This document shows, one piece after another, positions 1 to 16,869 of a DNA stretch of 64,000 bases. The DNA lies in the NCBI RefSeq assembly GCF_056746865.1, contig NZ_CM163382.1. One strand, 5' to 3'. The notes under the pieces were generated by a model that worked only from the letters and a program-made list of their open reading frames with translations, searched no databases and had not been told where the DNA came from. The position numbers and the translations under genes were made by a program. Numbering within the stretch: position 1 is the stretch's first letter; each line of letters opens with the position of its first letter.

Positions 1-1
1 T

Positions 2-868
2 GAGTGCGAACTGTACGTGCTAGAGCTGTCGAGCTTCCAGCTTGAAACCACCTCCAGTTTACAGGCGGTAGCAGCGACCATTCTGAACGTAACTGAAGAT
101 CATATGGATCGCTATCCGTTTGGTTTACAACAGTATCGTGCAGCAAAACTGCGCATTTACGAAAACGCAAAAATTTGCGTGGTTAATGCTGATGATGCCT
201 TAACAATGCCGATTCGCGGTGCGGATGAACGCTGTGTCAGCTTTGGCGTCAACATGGGTGACTATCACCTGAATCATCAGCAGGGTGAAACCTGGCTGCG
301 GGTGAAGGGCGAGAAAGTGCTGAACGTGAAAGAAATGAAACTTTCCGGGCAGCATAACTACACCAATGCACTGGCAGCTCTGGCACTGGCAGATGCCGCT
401 GGTTTGCCGCGCGCCAGCAGCCTGAAAGCGTTAACCACATTCACTGGTCTGCCGCATCGCTTTGAAGTTGTGCTGGAGCATAACGGTGTGCGCTGGATTA
501 ACGATTCAAAAGCGACCAACGTCGGCAGTACGGAAGCGGCACTGAATGGCCTGCACGTAGACGGCACGCTGCATTTGTTGCTGGGCGGCGATGGTAAATC
601 GGCAGATTTTAGCCCACTGGCGCGTTACCTGAATGGCGATAACGTACGTCTGTATTGTTTCGGTCGGGACGGCGCGCAGCTGGCGGCGCTACGCCCGGAA
701 GTGGCAGAACAAACCGAAACCATGGAACAGGCGATGCGCTTGCTGGCTCCGCGTGTTCAGCCGGGCGATATGGTTCTGCTCTCCCCGGCATGTGCCAGCC
801 TTGATCAGTTCAAGAACTTTGAACAACGAGGCAATGAGTTTGCCCGTCTGGCGAAGGAGTTAGGTTGA
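2..868 (+). CDS. murD: UDP-N-acetylmuramoyl-L-alanine--D-glutamate ligase MurD, C-terminal part (5' end lies outside window)
   Basis: Frame open from window edge; translation is a Mur ligase C-terminal domain; position immediately upstream of ftsW as in the dcw cluster; stop TGA overlaps ftsW ATG. Confidence 0.9.
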
Positions 869-2112
869 TGCGTTTATCTCTCCCTCGCCTGAAAATGCCG
901 CGCCTGCCAGGATTCAGTATTCTGGTCTGGATCTCCACGGCGCTAAAGGGCTGGGTGATGGGCTCGCGGGAAAAAGATACCGACAGCCTGATCATGTACG
1001 ATCGCACCTTACTGTGGCTGACCTTCGGCCTCGCGGCGATTGGCTTTATCATGGTGACCTCGGCGTCAATGCCCATAGGGCAACGCTTAACCAACGATCC
1101 GTTCTTCTTCGCGAAGCGTGATGGCGTCTATCTGATCCTGGCATTCATTCTGGCGATCATTACGCTGCGTCTGCCGATGGAGTTCTGGCAACGTTACAGC
1201 GCTACGATGCTACTCGGATCAATCATCCTGTTGATGATCGTTCTGGTAGTGGGTAGCTCTGTTAAAGGGGCATCGCGTTGGATCGATCTCGGCTTGCTGC
1301 GTATCCAGCCTGCGGAGCTGACAAAACTGTCGTTGTTTTGCTATATCGCCAACTATCTGGTGCGTAAAGGCGACGAAGTACGTAATAACCTGCGCGGCTT
1401 CCTGAAACCGATGGGCGTGATTCTGGTGTTAGCAGTATTACTGCTGGCACAGCCAGACCTTGGTACGGTGGTGGTGTTGTTTGTGACTACGCTGGCGATG
1501 TTATTCCTGGCGGGAGCGAAATTGTGGCAGTTCATTGCCATTATCGGTATGGGCATTTCAGCGGTTGTGTTGCTGATCCTCGCCGAACCGTACCGTATCC
1601 GCCGTGTTACCGCATTCTGGAACCCGTGGGAAGATCCCTTTGGCAGCGGCTATCAGTTAACGCAATCGCTGATGGCGTTTGGTCGCGGCGAACTGTGGGG
1701 GCAAGGCTTAGGTAACTCCGTACAAAAACTGGAGTATCTGCCGGAAGCGCACACTGACTTTATTTTCGCCATTATCGGCGAAGAATTAGGTTATGTCGGT
1801 GTGGTACTAGCACTTTTAATGGTATTCTTCGTCGCTTTTCGTGCGATGTCGATTGGCCGTAAAGCATTAGAAATTGACCATCGTTTTTCCGGTTTTCTCG
1901 CCTGTTCCATTGGCATCTGGTTTAGCTTCCAGGCGCTAGTGAACGTAGGCGCGGCCGCGGGGATGTTACCGACCAAAGGTCTGACATTGCCGTTGATCAG
2001 TTACGGTGGTTCGAGCTTACTGATTATGTCGACAGCCATCATGATGCTGTTGCGTATTGATTATGAAACGCGTCTGGAGAAAGCACAGGCGTTTGTACGA
2101 GGTTCACGATGA
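868..2112 (+). CDS. ftsW: Peptidoglycan glycosyltransferase / lipid II flippase FtsW (SEDS family)
   Basis: ORF 865..2112; ATG at 868 gives 414 aa ([16 protein letters not shown]...); polytopic membrane protein; overlaps murD stop. Confidence 0.93.
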
Positions 2113-3176
2113 GTGGTCAAGGAAAGCGATTAATGGTGATGGCAGGCGGAACCGGTGGACATGTATTCCCGGGACTGGCGGTTGCGCACCATCTAATGGC
2201 TCAGGGTTGGCAAGTTCGCTGGCTGGGGACTGCCGACCGTATGGAAGCGGACTTAGTGCCAAAACATGGCATCGAAATTGATTTCATTCGTATCTCTGGT
2301 CTGCGTGGAAAAGGTATAAAAGCACTGATAGCTGCGCCACTGCGAATCTTCAACGCCTGGCGTCAGGCGCGGGCGATTATGAAAGCGTACAAACCTGACG
2401 TGGTGCTCGGAATGGGCGGCTACGTATCAGGTCCAGGTGGTCTGGCCGCGTGGTCGTTAGGCATTCCGGTTGTGCTTCATGAACAAAACGGTATTGCGGG
2501 CTTAACCAATAAATGGCTGGCGAAGATTGCCACCAAAGTGATGCAGGCGTTTCCAGGCGCTTTCCCTAATGCGGAAGTGGTGGGTAACCCGGTGCGTACC
2601 GATGTGCTGGCGCTGCCGTTGCCGCAGCAACGTTTGGCTGGACGTGAAGGTCCGGTTCGTGTGTTGGTAGTGGGTGGTTCCCAGGGCGCACGCATTCTTA
2701 ACCAGACAATGCCGCAGGTTGCTGCGAAACTGGGTGATTCAGTCACTATCTGGCATCAGAGCGGTAAAGGTTCGCAACAATCCGTTGAACAGGCGTATGC
2801 CGAAGCGGGGCAACCGCAGCATAAAGTGACGGAATTTATTGATGATATGGCGGCGGCGTATGCGTGGGCGGATGTCGTCGTTTGCCGCTCCGGTGCGTTA
2901 ACGGTGAGTGAAATCGCTGCGGCAGGACTACCGGCGTTGTTTGTGCCGTTTCAACATAAAGACCGCCAGCAATACTGGAATGCTCTACCGCTGGAAAAAG
3001 CGGGCGCAGCCAAAATTATCGAGCAGCCACAGCTTAGCGTGGATGCTGTCGCCAACACCCTGGCCGGGTGGTCGCGAGAAACCTTATTAACCATGGCAGA
3101 ACGCGCCCGCGCTGCATCCATTCCGGATGCCACCGAGCGAGTGGCAAATGAAGTGAGCCGGGCTGCCCGGGCGTAA
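2109..3176 (+). CDS. murG: UDP-GlcNAc:undecaprenyl-PP-MurNAc-pentapeptide GlcNAc transferase MurG
   Basis: 355-aa [32 protein letters not shown] glycosyltransferase motif; 4-nt overlap with ftsW. Confidence 0.95.
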
Positions 3177-3229
3177 TTGTAGCGATGCCTTTTGCATCGT
3201 ATGAATTTAAGAAGTTAATGGCGTAAAGA

Positions 3230-5618
<2,389 letters not shown>

Positions 5619-5619
5619 T

Positions 5620-6450
5620 ATGTCGCAGGCTGCTCTGAACACGCGAAACAGCGAAGAAGAGGTTTCTTCTCGCCGCAATAATGGAACGCGTCTGGCGGGG
5701 ATCCTTTTCCTGCTGACCGTTTTAACGACAGTGTTGGTGAGCGGCTGGGTCGTGTTGGGCTGGATGGAAGATGCGCAACGCCTGCCGCTCTCAAAGCTGG
5801 TGTTGACCGGTGAACGCCATTACACGCGTAATGACGATATCCGGCAGTCGATCCTGGCATTGGGTGAGCCAGGTACCTTTATGACCCAGGATGTCAACAT
5901 CATCCAGACGCAAATAGAACAACGCCTGCCGTGGATTAAGCAGGTGAGCGTCAGAAAGCAGTGGCCTGATGAATTGAAGATTCATCTGGTTGAATATGTG
6001 CCGATTGCGCGGTGGAATGATCAACATATGGTAGACGCGGAAGGAAACACTTTCAGCGTGCCGCCAGATCGCACCAGCAAGCAGGTGCTTCCAATGCTGT
6101 ATGGCCCGGAAGGCAGCGCCAATGAAGTGTTGCAGGGCTATCGCGAAATGGGGCAGATGCTGGCAAAGGACAGATTTACTCTGAAGGAAGCGGCGATGAC
6201 CGCGCGGCGTTCCTGGCAGTTGACGCTGAATAACGATATTAAGCTCAATCTTGGCCGGGGCGATACGATGAAACGTTTGGCTCGCTTTGTAGAACTTTAT
6301 CCGGTTTTACAGCAGCAGGCGCAAACCGATGGCAAACGGATTAGCTACGTTGATTTGCGTTATGACTCTGGAGCGGCAGTAGGCTGGGCGCCCTTGCCGC
6401 CAGAGGAATCTACTCAGCAACAAAATCAGGCACAGGCAGAACAACAATGA
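5620..6450 (+). CDS. ftsQ: Cell division protein FtsQ
   Basis: 276-aa ORF with single N-terminal TM segment and POTRA-like region; position between ddlB and ftsA. Confidence 0.93.
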   Translation: MSQAALNTRNSEEEVSSRRNNGTRLAGILFLLTVLTTVLVSGWVVLGWMEDAQRLPLSKLVLTGERHYTRNDDIRQSILALGEPGTFMTQDVNIIQTQIEQRLPWIKQVSVRKQWPDELKIHLVEYVPIARWNDQHMVDAEGNTFSVPPDRTSKQVLPMLYGPEGSANEVLQGYREMGQMLAKDRFTLKEAAMTARRSWQLTLNNDIKLNLGRGDTMKRLARFVELYPVLQQQAQTDGKRISYVDLRYDSGAAVGWAPLPPEESTQQQNQAQAEQQ

Positions 6451-7709
6451 TCAAGGCGACGGACAGAAAACTGGTAGTAGGACTGGAGATTGGTACCGCG
6501 AAGGTTGCCGCTTTAGTAGGGGAAGTTCTGCCCGACGGTATGGTCAATATCATTGGCGTGGGCAGCTGCCCGTCGCGTGGTATGGATAAAGGCGGGGTGA
6601 ACGACCTCGAATCCGTGGTCAAGTGCGTACAACGCGCCATTGACCAGGCAGAATTGATGGCAGATTGTCAGATCTCTTCGGTATATCTGGCGCTTTCTGG
6701 TAAGCACATCAGCTGCCAGAATGAAATTGGTATGGTGCCTATTTCTGAAGAAGAAGTGACGCAAGAAGATGTGGAAAATGTCGTCCATACCGCGAAATCG
6801 GTGCGTGTGCGCGATGAGCATCGTGTGCTGCATGTGATCCCGCAAGAGTATGCGATTGACTATCAGGAAGGGATCAAGAATCCGGTAGGACTTTCGGGCG
6901 TGCGGATGCAGGCAAAAGTGCACCTGATCACATGTCACAACGATATGGCGAAAAACATCGTCAAAGCGGTTGAACGTTGTGGGCTGAAAGTTGACCAACT
7001 GATATTTGCCGGACTGGCATCAAGTTATTCGGTATTGACGGAAGATGAACGTGAACTGGGTGTCTGCGTCGTCGATATCGGTGGTGGTACAATGGATATC
7101 GCCGTTTATACCGGTGGGGCATTGCGCCACACTAAGGTAATTCCTTATGCTGGCAATGTCGTGACCAGTGATATCGCTTACGCCTTTGGCACGCCGCCAA
7201 GCGACGCCGAAGCGATTAAAGTTCGCCACGGTTGTGCGCTGGGTTCCATCGTTGGAAAAGATGAGAGCGTGGAAGTGCCGAGCGTAGGCGGTCGTCCGCC
7301 GCGGAGTCTGCAACGTCAGACCCTGGCAGAGGTGATCGAGCCGCGCTATACCGAGCTGCTCAACCTGGTCAACGAAGAGATATTGCAGTTGCAGGAAAAG
7401 CTTCGCCAACAAGGGGTTAAACATCACCTGGCGGCAGGCATTGTATTAACTGGTGGCGCAGCGCAGATCGAAGGTCTTGCAGCCTGTGCTCAGCGCGTGT
7501 TTCATACGCAAGTGCGTATCGGCGCGCCGCTGAACATTACCGGTTTAACGGATTATGCTCAGGAGCCGTATTATTCGACGGCGGTGGGATTGCTTCACTA
7601 TGGAAAAGAGTCACATCTTAACGGTGAAGCTGAAGTAGAAAAACGTGTTACAGCATCAGTTGGCTCGTGGATCAAGCGACTCAATAGTTGGCTGCGAAAA
7701 GAGTTTTAA
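6447..7709 (+). CDS. ftsA: Cell division protein FtsA (actin-like ATPase)
   Basis: 420-aa ORF, actin/HSP70-fold motifs ([14 protein letters not shown]); 4-nt overlap with ftsQ. Confidence 0.95.
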   Translation: MIKATDRKLVVGLEIGTAKVAALVGEVLPDGMVNIIGVGSCPSRGMDKGGVNDLESVVKCVQRAIDQAELMADCQISSVYLALSGKHISCQNEIGMVPISEEEVTQEDVENVVHTAKSVRVRDEHRVLHVIPQEYAIDYQEGIKNPVGLSGVRMQAKVHLITCHNDMAKNIVKAVERCGLKVDQLIFAGLASSYSVLTEDERELGVCVVDIGGGTMDIAVYTGGALRHTKVIPYAGNVVTSDIAYAFGTPPSDAEAIKVRHGCALGSIVGKDESVEVPSVGGRPPRSLQRQTLAEVIEPRYTELLNLVNEEILQLQEKLRQQGVKHHLAAGIVLTGGAAQIEGLAACAQRVFHTQVRIGAPLNITGLTDYAQEPYYSTAVGLLHYGKESHLNGEAEVEKRVTASVGSWIKRLNSWLRKEF

Positions 7710-7769
7710 TTTTTATGAGGCCGACGATGATTACGGCCTCAGGCGACAGGCACAAATCGGAGAGAAACT

Positions 7770-8921
7770 ATGTTTGAACCAATGGAACTTACCAATGACG
7801 CGGTGATTAAAGTCATCGGCGTCGGCGGCGGCGGCGGTAATGCTGTTGAACACATGGTGCGCGAGCGCATTGAAGGTGTTGAATTCTTCGCGGTAAATAC
7901 CGATGCACAAGCGCTGCGTAAAACAGCGGTTGGACAGACGATTCAAATCGGTAGCGGTATCACCAAAGGACTGGGCGCAGGCGCTAATCCAGAAGTTGGC
8001 CGCAATGCGGCTGATGAGGATCGCGATGCACTGCGTGCGGCGCTGGAAGGTGCAGACATGGTCTTTATTGCTGCGGGTATGGGGGGTGGTACCGGTACAG
8101 GTGCAGCACCAGTCGTCGCTGAAGTGGCAAAAGATTTGGGTATCCTGACCGTTGCTGTCGTCACTAAGCCTTTCAACTTTGAAGGCAAGAAGCGTATGGC
8201 ATTCGCCGAGCAGGGGATCACTGAACTGTCCAAGCATGTGGACTCTCTGATCACTATCCCGAACGACAAACTGCTGAAAGTTCTGGGCCGCGGTATCTCC
8301 CTGCTGGATGCGTTTGGCGCAGCGAACGATGTACTGAAAGGCGCTGTGCAAGGTATCGCCGAACTGATTACTCGTCCGGGTTTGATGAACGTGGACTTTG
8401 CAGACGTACGCACCGTAATGTCTGAAATGGGCTACGCAATGATGGGTTCTGGCGTGGCGAGCGGTGAAGACCGTGCGGAAGAAGCTGCTGAAATGGCTAT
8501 CTCTTCTCCGCTGCTGGAAGATATCGACCTGTCTGGCGCACGCGGCGTGCTGGTTAACATCACGGCGGGCTTCGACCTGCGTCTGGATGAGTTCGAAACG
8601 GTAGGTAACACCATCCGTGCATTTGCTTCCGACAACGCGACTGTGGTTATCGGTACTTCTCTTGACCCGGATATGAATGACGAGCTGCGCGTAACTGTTG
8701 TTGCGACAGGTATCGGCATGGACAAACGTCCTGAAATCACTCTGGTGACCAATAAGCAGGTTCAGCAGCCAGTGATGGATCGCTACCAGCAGCACGGGAT
8801 GGCTCCGCTGACCCAGGAGCAGAAGCCGGTTGCTAAAGTCGTGAATGACAATGCACCGCAAACTGCGAAAGAGCCGGATTATCTGGATATCCCAGCATTC
8901 CTGCGTAAGCAAGCTGATTAA
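7770..8921 (+). CDS. ftsZ: Cell division GTPase FtsZ
   Basis: 383-aa ORF with tubulin signature GGGTGTG and conserved C-terminal peptide [11 protein letters not shown]. Confidence 0.97.
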
Positions 8922-9000
8922 GAATTGACTGGAATTTGGGTTTCGAGGCTCTTTGTGCTAAACTGGCCCGCCGAATGTATAGTACACTTCGGTTGGATAG

Positions 9001-9939
<939 letters not shown>

Positions 9940-9966
9940 CGACATTTATACTGTCGTATAAAATTC

Positions 9967-10682
<716 letters not shown>

Positions 10683-10743
10683 CAACAATAAACCTTTACT
10701 TCATTTTATTGACTCCGCAACGCGGGGCGTTTGAGATTTTATT

Positions 10744-13449
10744 ATGCTAATCAAATTATTAACTAAAGTTTTCGGTAGTCGTAACGATCGCACCCTGCGC
10801 CGGATGCGCAAAGTGGTCAACATCATCAATGCCATGGAACCGGAGATGGAAAAACTCTCCGACGAAGAACTGAAAGGGAAAACCGCAGAGTTTCGTGCGC
10901 GTCTGGAAAAAGGCGAAGTGCTGGAAAATCTGATCCCGGAAGCGTTCGCCGTGGTGCGTGAGGCAAGTAAGCGCGTCTTTGGTATGCGTCACTTCGACGT
11001 TCAGTTACTCGGCGGTATGGTTCTTAACGAACGCTGCATCGCCGAAATGCGTACCGGTGAAGGTAAAACCCTGACCGCAACGCTGCCTGCTTACCTGAAC
11101 GCATTAACCGGTAAGGGCGTACACGTTGTTACCGTCAACGACTACCTGGCGCAACGTGACGCCGAAAACAACCGTCCGCTGTTTGAATTCCTTGGCCTGA
11201 CTGTCGGTATCAACCTGCCGGGCATGCCAGCACCGGCGAAGCGTGAAGCTTACGCAGCTGACATCACTTACGGTACGAACAACGAATACGGCTTTGACTA
11301 CCTGCGCGATAACATGGCGTTCAGCCCTGAAGAACGTGTACAGCGTAAACTGCACTATGCGCTGGTGGACGAAGTGGACTCCATCCTGATCGATGAAGCT
11401 CGTACACCGCTGATCATTTCCGGCCCGGCAGAAGACAGCTCGGAAATGTATAAACGCGTGAATAAAATTATTCCGCACCTGATCCGTCAGGAAAAAGAAG
11501 ACTCCGAAACCTTCCAGGGCGAAGGCCACTTCTCGGTGGACGAAAAATCTCGCCAGGTGAACCTGACCGAACGTGGTCTGGTGCTGATTGAAGAACTGCT
11601 GGTGAAAGAAGGCATCATGGATGAAGGGGAGTCTCTGTACTCTCCGGCCAACATCATGCTGATGCACCACGTAACGGCGGCGCTGCGCGCTCATGCGCTG
11701 TTTACCCGAGACGTCGACTACATCGTTAAAGATGGTGAAGTTATCATCGTTGACGAACACACCGGTCGTACCATGCAGGGACGTCGTTGGTCCGATGGCC
11801 TGCATCAGGCAGTGGAAGCGAAAGAAGGTGTACAGATCCAGAACGAAAACCAGACGCTGGCGTCGATCACCTTCCAGAACTACTTCCGTCTGTATGAAAA
11901 ACTGGCGGGGATGACCGGTACTGCTGATACCGAAGCTTTCGAATTCAGCTCCATCTACAAGCTGGATACCGTCGTTGTTCCGACCAACCGTCCAATGATT
12001 CGTAAAGATCTGCCGGACCTGGTCTACATGACTGAAGCGGAAAAAATTCAGGCGATCATTGAAGATATCAAAGAACGTACTGCGAAAGGCCAGCCGGTGC
12101 TGGTGGGTACTATCTCCATCGAAAAATCGGAGCTGGTATCAAACGAACTGACCAAAGCCGGTATTAAGCACAACGTCCTGAACGCCAAATTCCACGCCAA
12201 CGAAGCGGCGATTGTTGCTCAGGCAGGTTATCCGGCTGCGGTGACTATCGCGACCAACATGGCGGGTCGTGGTACAGATATTGTGCTCGGTGGTAGCTGG
12301 CAGGCAGAAGTTGCCGCGCTGGAAAATCCGACCGCAGAGCAAATTGAAAAAATTAAAGCCGACTGGCAGGTACGTCACGATGCGGTACTGGCAGCAGGTG
12401 GCCTGCATATCATCGGTACCGAGCGTCACGAATCCCGTCGTATCGATAACCAGTTGCGCGGTCGTTCTGGTCGTCAGGGGGATGCTGGTTCTTCCCGTTT
12501 CTACCTGTCGATGGAAGATGCGCTGATGCGTATTTTTGCTTCCGACCGAGTATCCGGCATGATGCGTAAACTGGGTATGAAGCCAGGCGAAGCCATTGAA
12601 CACCCGTGGGTGACTAAAGCGATTGCCAATGCCCAGCGTAAAGTTGAAAGTCGTAACTTCGACATTCGTAAGCAACTGCTGGAATATGATGACGTGGCTA
12701 ACGATCAGCGTCGCGCCATTTACTCCCAGCGTAACGAACTGCTGGATGTCAGCGATGTGAGCGAAACCATCAACAGCATTCGTGAAGATGTGTTCAAAGC
12801 GACCATTGATGCCTACATTCCGCCACAGTCGCTGGAAGAAATGTGGGATATTCCGGGGCTGCAGGAACGTCTGAAGAACGATTTCGACCTCGATTTGCCA
12901 ATTGCCGAGTGGCTGGATAAAGAACCAGAACTGCATGAAGAGACGCTGCGTGAGCGCATTCTGGCGCAGTCCATCGAAGTGTATCAGCGTAAAGAAGAAG
13001 TGGTTGGTGCTGAGATGATGCGTCACTTCGAAAAAGGCGTCATGCTGCAAACTCTCGACTCTCTGTGGAAAGAGCACCTGGCAGCGATGGACTATCTGCG
13101 TCAGGGTATCCACCTGCGTGGCTATGCACAGAAAGATCCGAAGCAGGAATACAAACGTGAATCGTTCTCCATGTTTGCAGCGATGCTGGAGTCGTTGAAA
13201 TATGAAGTTATCAGCACGCTGAGCAAAGTTCAGGTACGTATGCCTGAAGAGGTTGAGGAGCTGGAACAACAGCGTCGTATGGAAGCCGAGCGTTTAGCGC
13301 AAATGCAGCAGCTTAGCCATCAGGATGACGGCTCTGCAGCCGCAGCTGCACTGGCGGCGCAAACCGGTGAACGCAAAGTAGGACGTAACGATCCTTGCCC
13401 GTGCGGTTCTGGTAAAAAATACAAGCAGTGCCATGGTCGCCTGCAATAA
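10744..13449 (+). CDS. secA: Preprotein translocase ATPase SecA
   Basis: 901-aa ORF; DEAD-like motor motifs and C-terminal zinc-binding [14 protein letters not shown]. Confidence 0.97.
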   Translation: MLIKLLTKVFGSRNDRTLRRMRKVVNIINAMEPEMEKLSDEELKGKTAEFRARLEKGEVLENLIPEAFAVVREASKRVFGMRHFDVQLLGGMVLNERCIAEMRTGEGKTLTATLPAYLNALTGKGVHVVTVNDYLAQRDAENNRPLFEFLGLTVGINLPGMPAPAKREAYAADITYGTNNEYGFDYLRDNMAFSPEERVQRKLHYALVDEVDSILIDEARTPLIISGPAEDSSEMYKRVNKIIPHLIRQEKEDSETFQGEGHFSVDEKSRQVNLTERGLVLIEELLVKEGIMDEGESLYSPANIMLMHHVTAALRAHALFTRDVDYIVKDGEVIIVDEHTGRTMQGRRWSDGLHQAVEAKEGVQIQNENQTLASITFQNYFRLYEKLAGMTGTADTEAFEFSSIYKLDTVVVPTNRPMIRKDLPDLVYMTEAEKIQAIIEDIKERTAKGQPVLVGTISIEKSELVSNELTKAGIKHNVLNAKFHANEAAIVAQAGYPAAVTIATNMAGRGTDIVLGGSWQAEVAALENPTAEQIEKIKADWQVRHDAVLAAGGLHIIGTERHESRRIDNQLRGRSGRQGDAGSSRFYLSMEDALMRIFASDRVSGMMRKLGMKPGEAIEHPWVTKAIANAQRKVESRNFDIRKQLLEYDDVANDQRRAIYSQRNELLDVSDVSETINSIREDVFKATIDAYIPPQSLEEMWDIPGLQERLKNDFDLDLPIAEWLDKEPELHEETLRERILAQSIEVYQRKEEVVGAEMMRHFEKGVMLQTLDSLWKEHLAAMDYLRQGIHLRGYAQKDPKQEYKRESFSMFAAMLESLKYEVISTLSKVQVRMPEEVEELEQQRRMEAERLAQMQQLSHQDDGSAAAAALAAQTGERKVGRNDPCPCGSGKKYKQCHGRLQ

Positions 13450-13468
13450 AAGCTAACAGTTGAAGTAA

Positions 13469-13496
13469 AAGGCGCAGGATTCTGCGCCTTTTTTAT
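13469..13496 (+). terminator. secA rho-independent terminator
   Basis: ggcgcaggattctgcgcc hairpin followed by tttttt. Confidence 0.7.
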
Positions 13497-13508
13497 AGGT
13501 TTAAGACA

Positions 13509-13907
13509 ATGAAAAAGCTGCAAATTGCGGTAGGTATTATTCGCAACGAGAACAATGAAATCTTTATAACCCGTCGCGCAGCAGATGCGCACATGGCGAA
13601 TAAACTGGAGTTTCCCGGCGGTAAAATTGAAATGAGCGAAACGCCGGAACAGGCGGTGGTGCGTGAACTTCAGGAAGAGGTCGGGATTACCCCACAACAT
13701 TTTTCGCTATTTGAAAAACTGGAATATGAATTCCCGGACAGGCATATAACTCTGTGGTTCTGGCTGGTCGAAAGCTGGGAAGGGGAGCCGTGGGGTAAAG
13801 AAGGGCAACCCGGTGAGTGGATGTCGCTGGTCGGTCTGATTGCCGATGATTTTCCGCCAGCCAATGAACCGGTAATTGCGAAGCTTAAGCGTGTGTATGT
13901 CGGATAG
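13509..13907 (+). CDS. mutT: 8-oxo-dGTP diphosphatase MutT (Nudix)
   Basis: 132-aa ORF with Nudix box GGKIEMSETPEQAVVRELQEEVGI. Confidence 0.9.
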   Translation: MKKLQIAVGIIRNENNEIFITRRAADAHMANKLEFPGGKIEMSETPEQAVVRELQEEVGITPQHFSLFEKLEYEFPDRHITLWFWLVESWEGEPWGKEGQPGEWMSLVGLIADDFPPANEPVIAKLKRVYVG

Positions 13908-13940
13908 GTGTTTATGCCGCATCCAACATTTGCACAAGAT

Positions 13941-13988
13941 GCCCGATGCGACGCTGGCGCGTCTTATCAGGCCAGCGTCGCATCAGAC
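13941..13988. repeat. REP-like palindromic element in mutT-yacG intergenic gap
   Basis: gcccgatgcgacgctggcgcgtcttatcaggcc resembles REP consensus; gatgcgacgct / agcgtcgcatc form an inverted repeat. Confidence 0.45.
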
Positions 13989-13994
13989 AAAATG

Positions 13995-14192
13995 TCACTG
14001 CTTTGGCTCTTCGCTCCAGTCATCGCTTTCGGAAAGATCGCCACTGCTGGGGATTCGTTTTTCTTCAGCAGCCCATTCTCCGAGGTCGATCAGCTGACAA
14101 CGTTTGGAGCAAAATGGCCGAAACGGGCTGATTTCACCCCATACCACCGTTTTCCCGCAGGTTGGGCAATTCACCGTAATAGTTTCTGACAT
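13995..14192 (-). CDS. yacG: DNA gyrase inhibitor YacG (zinc-ribbon protein)
   Basis: 65-aa [44 protein letters not shown], four-Cys zinc ribbon. Confidence 0.88.
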
Positions 14193-14201
14193 TTTTACTC
14201 C

Positions 14202-14945
14202 TTAGCAACAGGCCAATTCGAAATCCAGACGTTCCGGTACCTGTCCGTTTTCACTGTCCAGCGGCATAAAACGAATGGCAAAACGGCTCTTATGACCGGA
14301 AATTTGCGGATAAAGCTGTGAATCGAGCGACAGATTCAGGCGCAGCAAGTCGGCATCGCCACCGTTATCCTGATAAAAACCATTCAGGCTGGTTTGTTTA
14401 CGGAAGGGGGCCGACTGGCGAATTAAATCCAGCACCATGGTAAGTGCCTGGGTGAGCGGGTTCAGGCTGGCAATCCAGGTTTCTACCTGGCTGTCGCGCT
14501 GCGCCTGGGGTAGATGCAGCCAAATGTGCAATGAAGGTAAATCAAAGCTGCAACAGCCGCCTGGGATGCTCAGTCGCTGACGCACCAGAGCAATCAAACG
14601 ATCTTCACGCAGAAATTGCCCGATACGCGGCGCGGAAATTAATACGCTCCCCGCCGCTTTTAACTGCTGAATTAATGCTTCAATACGGCTCTGGTCCACG
14701 CCAGGCACGCCAATCCAGGTCTGGAGTTTACGTTGCTGCCGGTCAAGTTCTTTCAACAGCTCAGTGCGGACTTCGCCACGCTCGAAAACATCCAGTAATT
14801 CACTGACATTACGGAAGAAATGCAGTGCGCCAGCGTGGTCAGCGATGGGTAAATTAACGGTGAGTTGCTGAATCAAAAACTCAATGCGCAGCCACGTACG
14901 CATTTTTTCATTTAGTGGATGTTCAAAAAGGACCTGGGTCTGCAT
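14202..14945 (-). CDS. zapD: Cell division factor ZapD (YacF)
   Basis: 247-aa ORF immediately downstream of coaE on minus strand; start overlaps coaE stop by 1 nt. Confidence 0.88.
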   Translation of the reverse strand: MQTQVLFEHPLNEKMRTWLRIEFLIQQLTVNLPIADHAGALHFFRNVSELLDVFERGEVRTELLKELDRQQRKLQTWIGVPGVDQSRIEALIQQLKAAGSVLISAPRIGQFLREDRLIALVRQRLSIPGGCCSFDLPSLHIWLHLPQAQRDSQVETWIASLNPLTQALTMVLDLIRQSAPFRKQTSLNGFYQDNGGDADLLRLNLSLDSQLYPQISGHKSRFAIRFMPLDSENGQVPERLDFELACC

Positions 14946-15565
14946 TACGGTTTTTCCTGTGAGACAAACTGCGACGCAAGCTGCAAATAGTGTGCGTGCA
15001 GGCGGGCAACATCCGATGCGATAGCATCCGGTGCGCCGTTATTATCAATGACGTCATCTGCCACGGCAAGGCGAGCTTCGCGCGGTGCCTGAGCAGCAAG
15101 GATTTGTTCGACATGCTCGCGAGTTACATCATCGCGCTGCATGGTGCGCTTAAGTTGCGTTTCTGGGCTGGCATCCACCACCAGCACTCGATTCGCTTTT
15201 TTATACAGTGAGTTTTCTACCAGCAATGGCACAACCCACAGTACATAGGGGGAAGTTGCTTGCTGGATCTGGTGTTGCGTCTCTTGCTGAATCAGCGGAT
15301 GCAGCAGGGCGTTAAGCCAGTTTTTCTCTTCCGGGTTGGCGAAGATCCGCTCGCGCAAGGCCCGGCGCTGCAATGTTCCATCAGCAGCAATCATGTTAGC
15401 GCCAAAGTGATCAGCAATGGCATGTAGCGCAGGTGCACCTGGTTCAACCACCTGACGCGCAATAATATCGGCATCAATGACGTTAATTCCGAGATCAGCA
15501 AACGCATTGGCAACGGTACTCTTGCCACTGCCAATGCCTCCCGTTAAGGCAACTATATACCTCAT
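14945..15565 (-). CDS. coaE: Dephospho-CoA kinase CoaE
   Basis: 206-aa ORF with P-loop [11 protein letters not shown]. Confidence 0.92.
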   Translation of the reverse strand: MRYIVALTGGIGSGKSTVANAFADLGINVIDADIIARQVVEPGAPALHAIADHFGANMIAADGTLQRRALRERIFANPEEKNWLNALLHPLIQQETQHQIQQATSPYVLWVVPLLVENSLYKKANRVLVVDASPETQLKRTMQRDDVTREHVEQILAAQAPREARLAVADDVIDNNGAPDAIASDVARLHAHYLQLASQFVSQEKP

Positions 15566-15789
15566 AATTTATATTCCCGGGAATTCATCATGATTATCAA
15601 AACGTTAAAAATGAGCGCACGAAAGCGAAATTGATGAAACGTTCGCTCACTATTTACCAGGTAAATTTATGGGATTGTAGCGTAAAAAAAGACAATTTCG
15701 CAGTCTTGCGCCGCATTGATTAGTGCGTATGATAGCGTCACTGGAGTTGCGCTCTTACCCTTATAGCCATTAACCCCAGGAATCCGCAC

Positions 15790-16833
15790 ATGCGTATTGA
15801 AGAAGATCTGAAGTTAGGTTTTAAAGACGTTCTCATCCGCCCTAAACGCTCCACTCTTAAAAGCCGTTCCGATGTTGAACTGGAACGTCAATTCACCTTC
15901 AAACATTCAGGTCAGAGCTGGTCCGGCGTGCCGATTATAGCCGCAAATATGGACACCGTAGGCACATTTTCTATGGCCTCTGCGCTGGCTTCTTTTGATA
16001 TTTTGACTGCTGTGCATAAACACTATTCTGTCGAAGAGTGGCAAGCGTTTATCAACAATTCTTCCGCTGATGTGCTGAAACATGTGATGGTTTCTACTGG
16101 CACGTCTGATGCGGATTTCGAAAAAACTAAACAGATTCTCGACCTGAACCCGGCATTAAACTTCGTTTGTATTGATGTGGCGAATGGTTATTCCGAACAC
16201 TTCGTGCAGTTCGTTGCGAAAGCGCGTGAAGCGTGGCCGACCAAAACCATTTGTGCTGGCAACGTAGTGACTGGTGAAATGTGTGAGGAGCTTATCCTCT
16301 CCGGTGCTGATATCGTTAAAGTTGGCATTGGCCCAGGTTCTGTTTGTACAACTCGCGTCAAAACAGGCGTCGGTTATCCGCAACTTTCTGCGGTGATCGA
16401 ATGTGCCGATGCTGCGCACGGTCTGGGCGGAATGATCGTCAGCGACGGTGGCTGCACCACGCCGGGCGATGTCGCGAAAGCCTTTGGCGGCGGTGCCGAT
16501 TTCGTCATGCTTGGCGGCATGCTGGCGGGCCACGAAGAGAGCGGCGGTCGCATCGTTGAGGAGAACGGCGAGAAATTTATGCTGTTCTACGGCATGAGCT
16601 CCGAGTCTGCGATGAAACGTCACGTTGGCGGCGTTGCGGAATACCGCGCAGCAGAAGGTAAAACCGTTAAGCTGCCGCTGCGAGGCCCGGTTGAAAATAC
16701 CGCGCGTGATATTTTGGGCGGCCTGCGTTCAGCTTGTACATACGTTGGGGCTTCACGCCTGAAAGAGCTGACCAAGCGCACCACATTTATCCGTGTGCTG
16801 GAACAAGAAAACCGCATCTTCAACAACCTGTAA
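15790..16833 (+). CDS. guaC: GMP reductase GuaC
   Basis: 347-aa ORF, IMPDH/GMPR TIM-barrel; catalytic-Cys loop [11 protein letters not shown]. Confidence 0.95.
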   Translation: MRIEEDLKLGFKDVLIRPKRSTLKSRSDVELERQFTFKHSGQSWSGVPIIAANMDTVGTFSMASALASFDILTAVHKHYSVEEWQAFINNSSADVLKHVMVSTGTSDADFEKTKQILDLNPALNFVCIDVANGYSEHFVQFVAKAREAWPTKTICAGNVVTGEMCEELILSGADIVKVGIGPGSVCTTRVKTGVGYPQLSAVIECADAAHGLGGMIVSDGGCTTPGDVAKAFGGGADFVMLGGMLAGHEESGGRIVEENGEKFMLFYGMSSESAMKRHVGGVAEYRAAEGKTVKLPLRGPVENTARDILGGLRSACTYVGASRLKELTKRTTFIRVLEQENRIFNNL

Positions 16834-16839
16834 TCTCCC

Positions 16840-16869
16840 AACGCTGGCGTGGAGCAACACGCCAGCGTT
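16840..16869. terminator. Convergent guaC/hofC hairpin (12-bp perfect stem), overlaps hofC stop codon
   Basis: aacgctggcgtg-gagcaa-cacgccagcgtt inverted repeat; no strong T-tract. Confidence 0.45.

Noticed and set aside
7731-8912. 393-aa ORF antisense to ftsZ; similar long antisense ORFs at 12139..13269 (secA), 28749..29978 (aceF), 30735..31592 (lpd), 34573..36024 (acnB), 61202..62011 (pcnB)
   Set aside because: All are mirror frames of well-established genes with Cys/His/Arg-rich low-complexity translations; no independent support.
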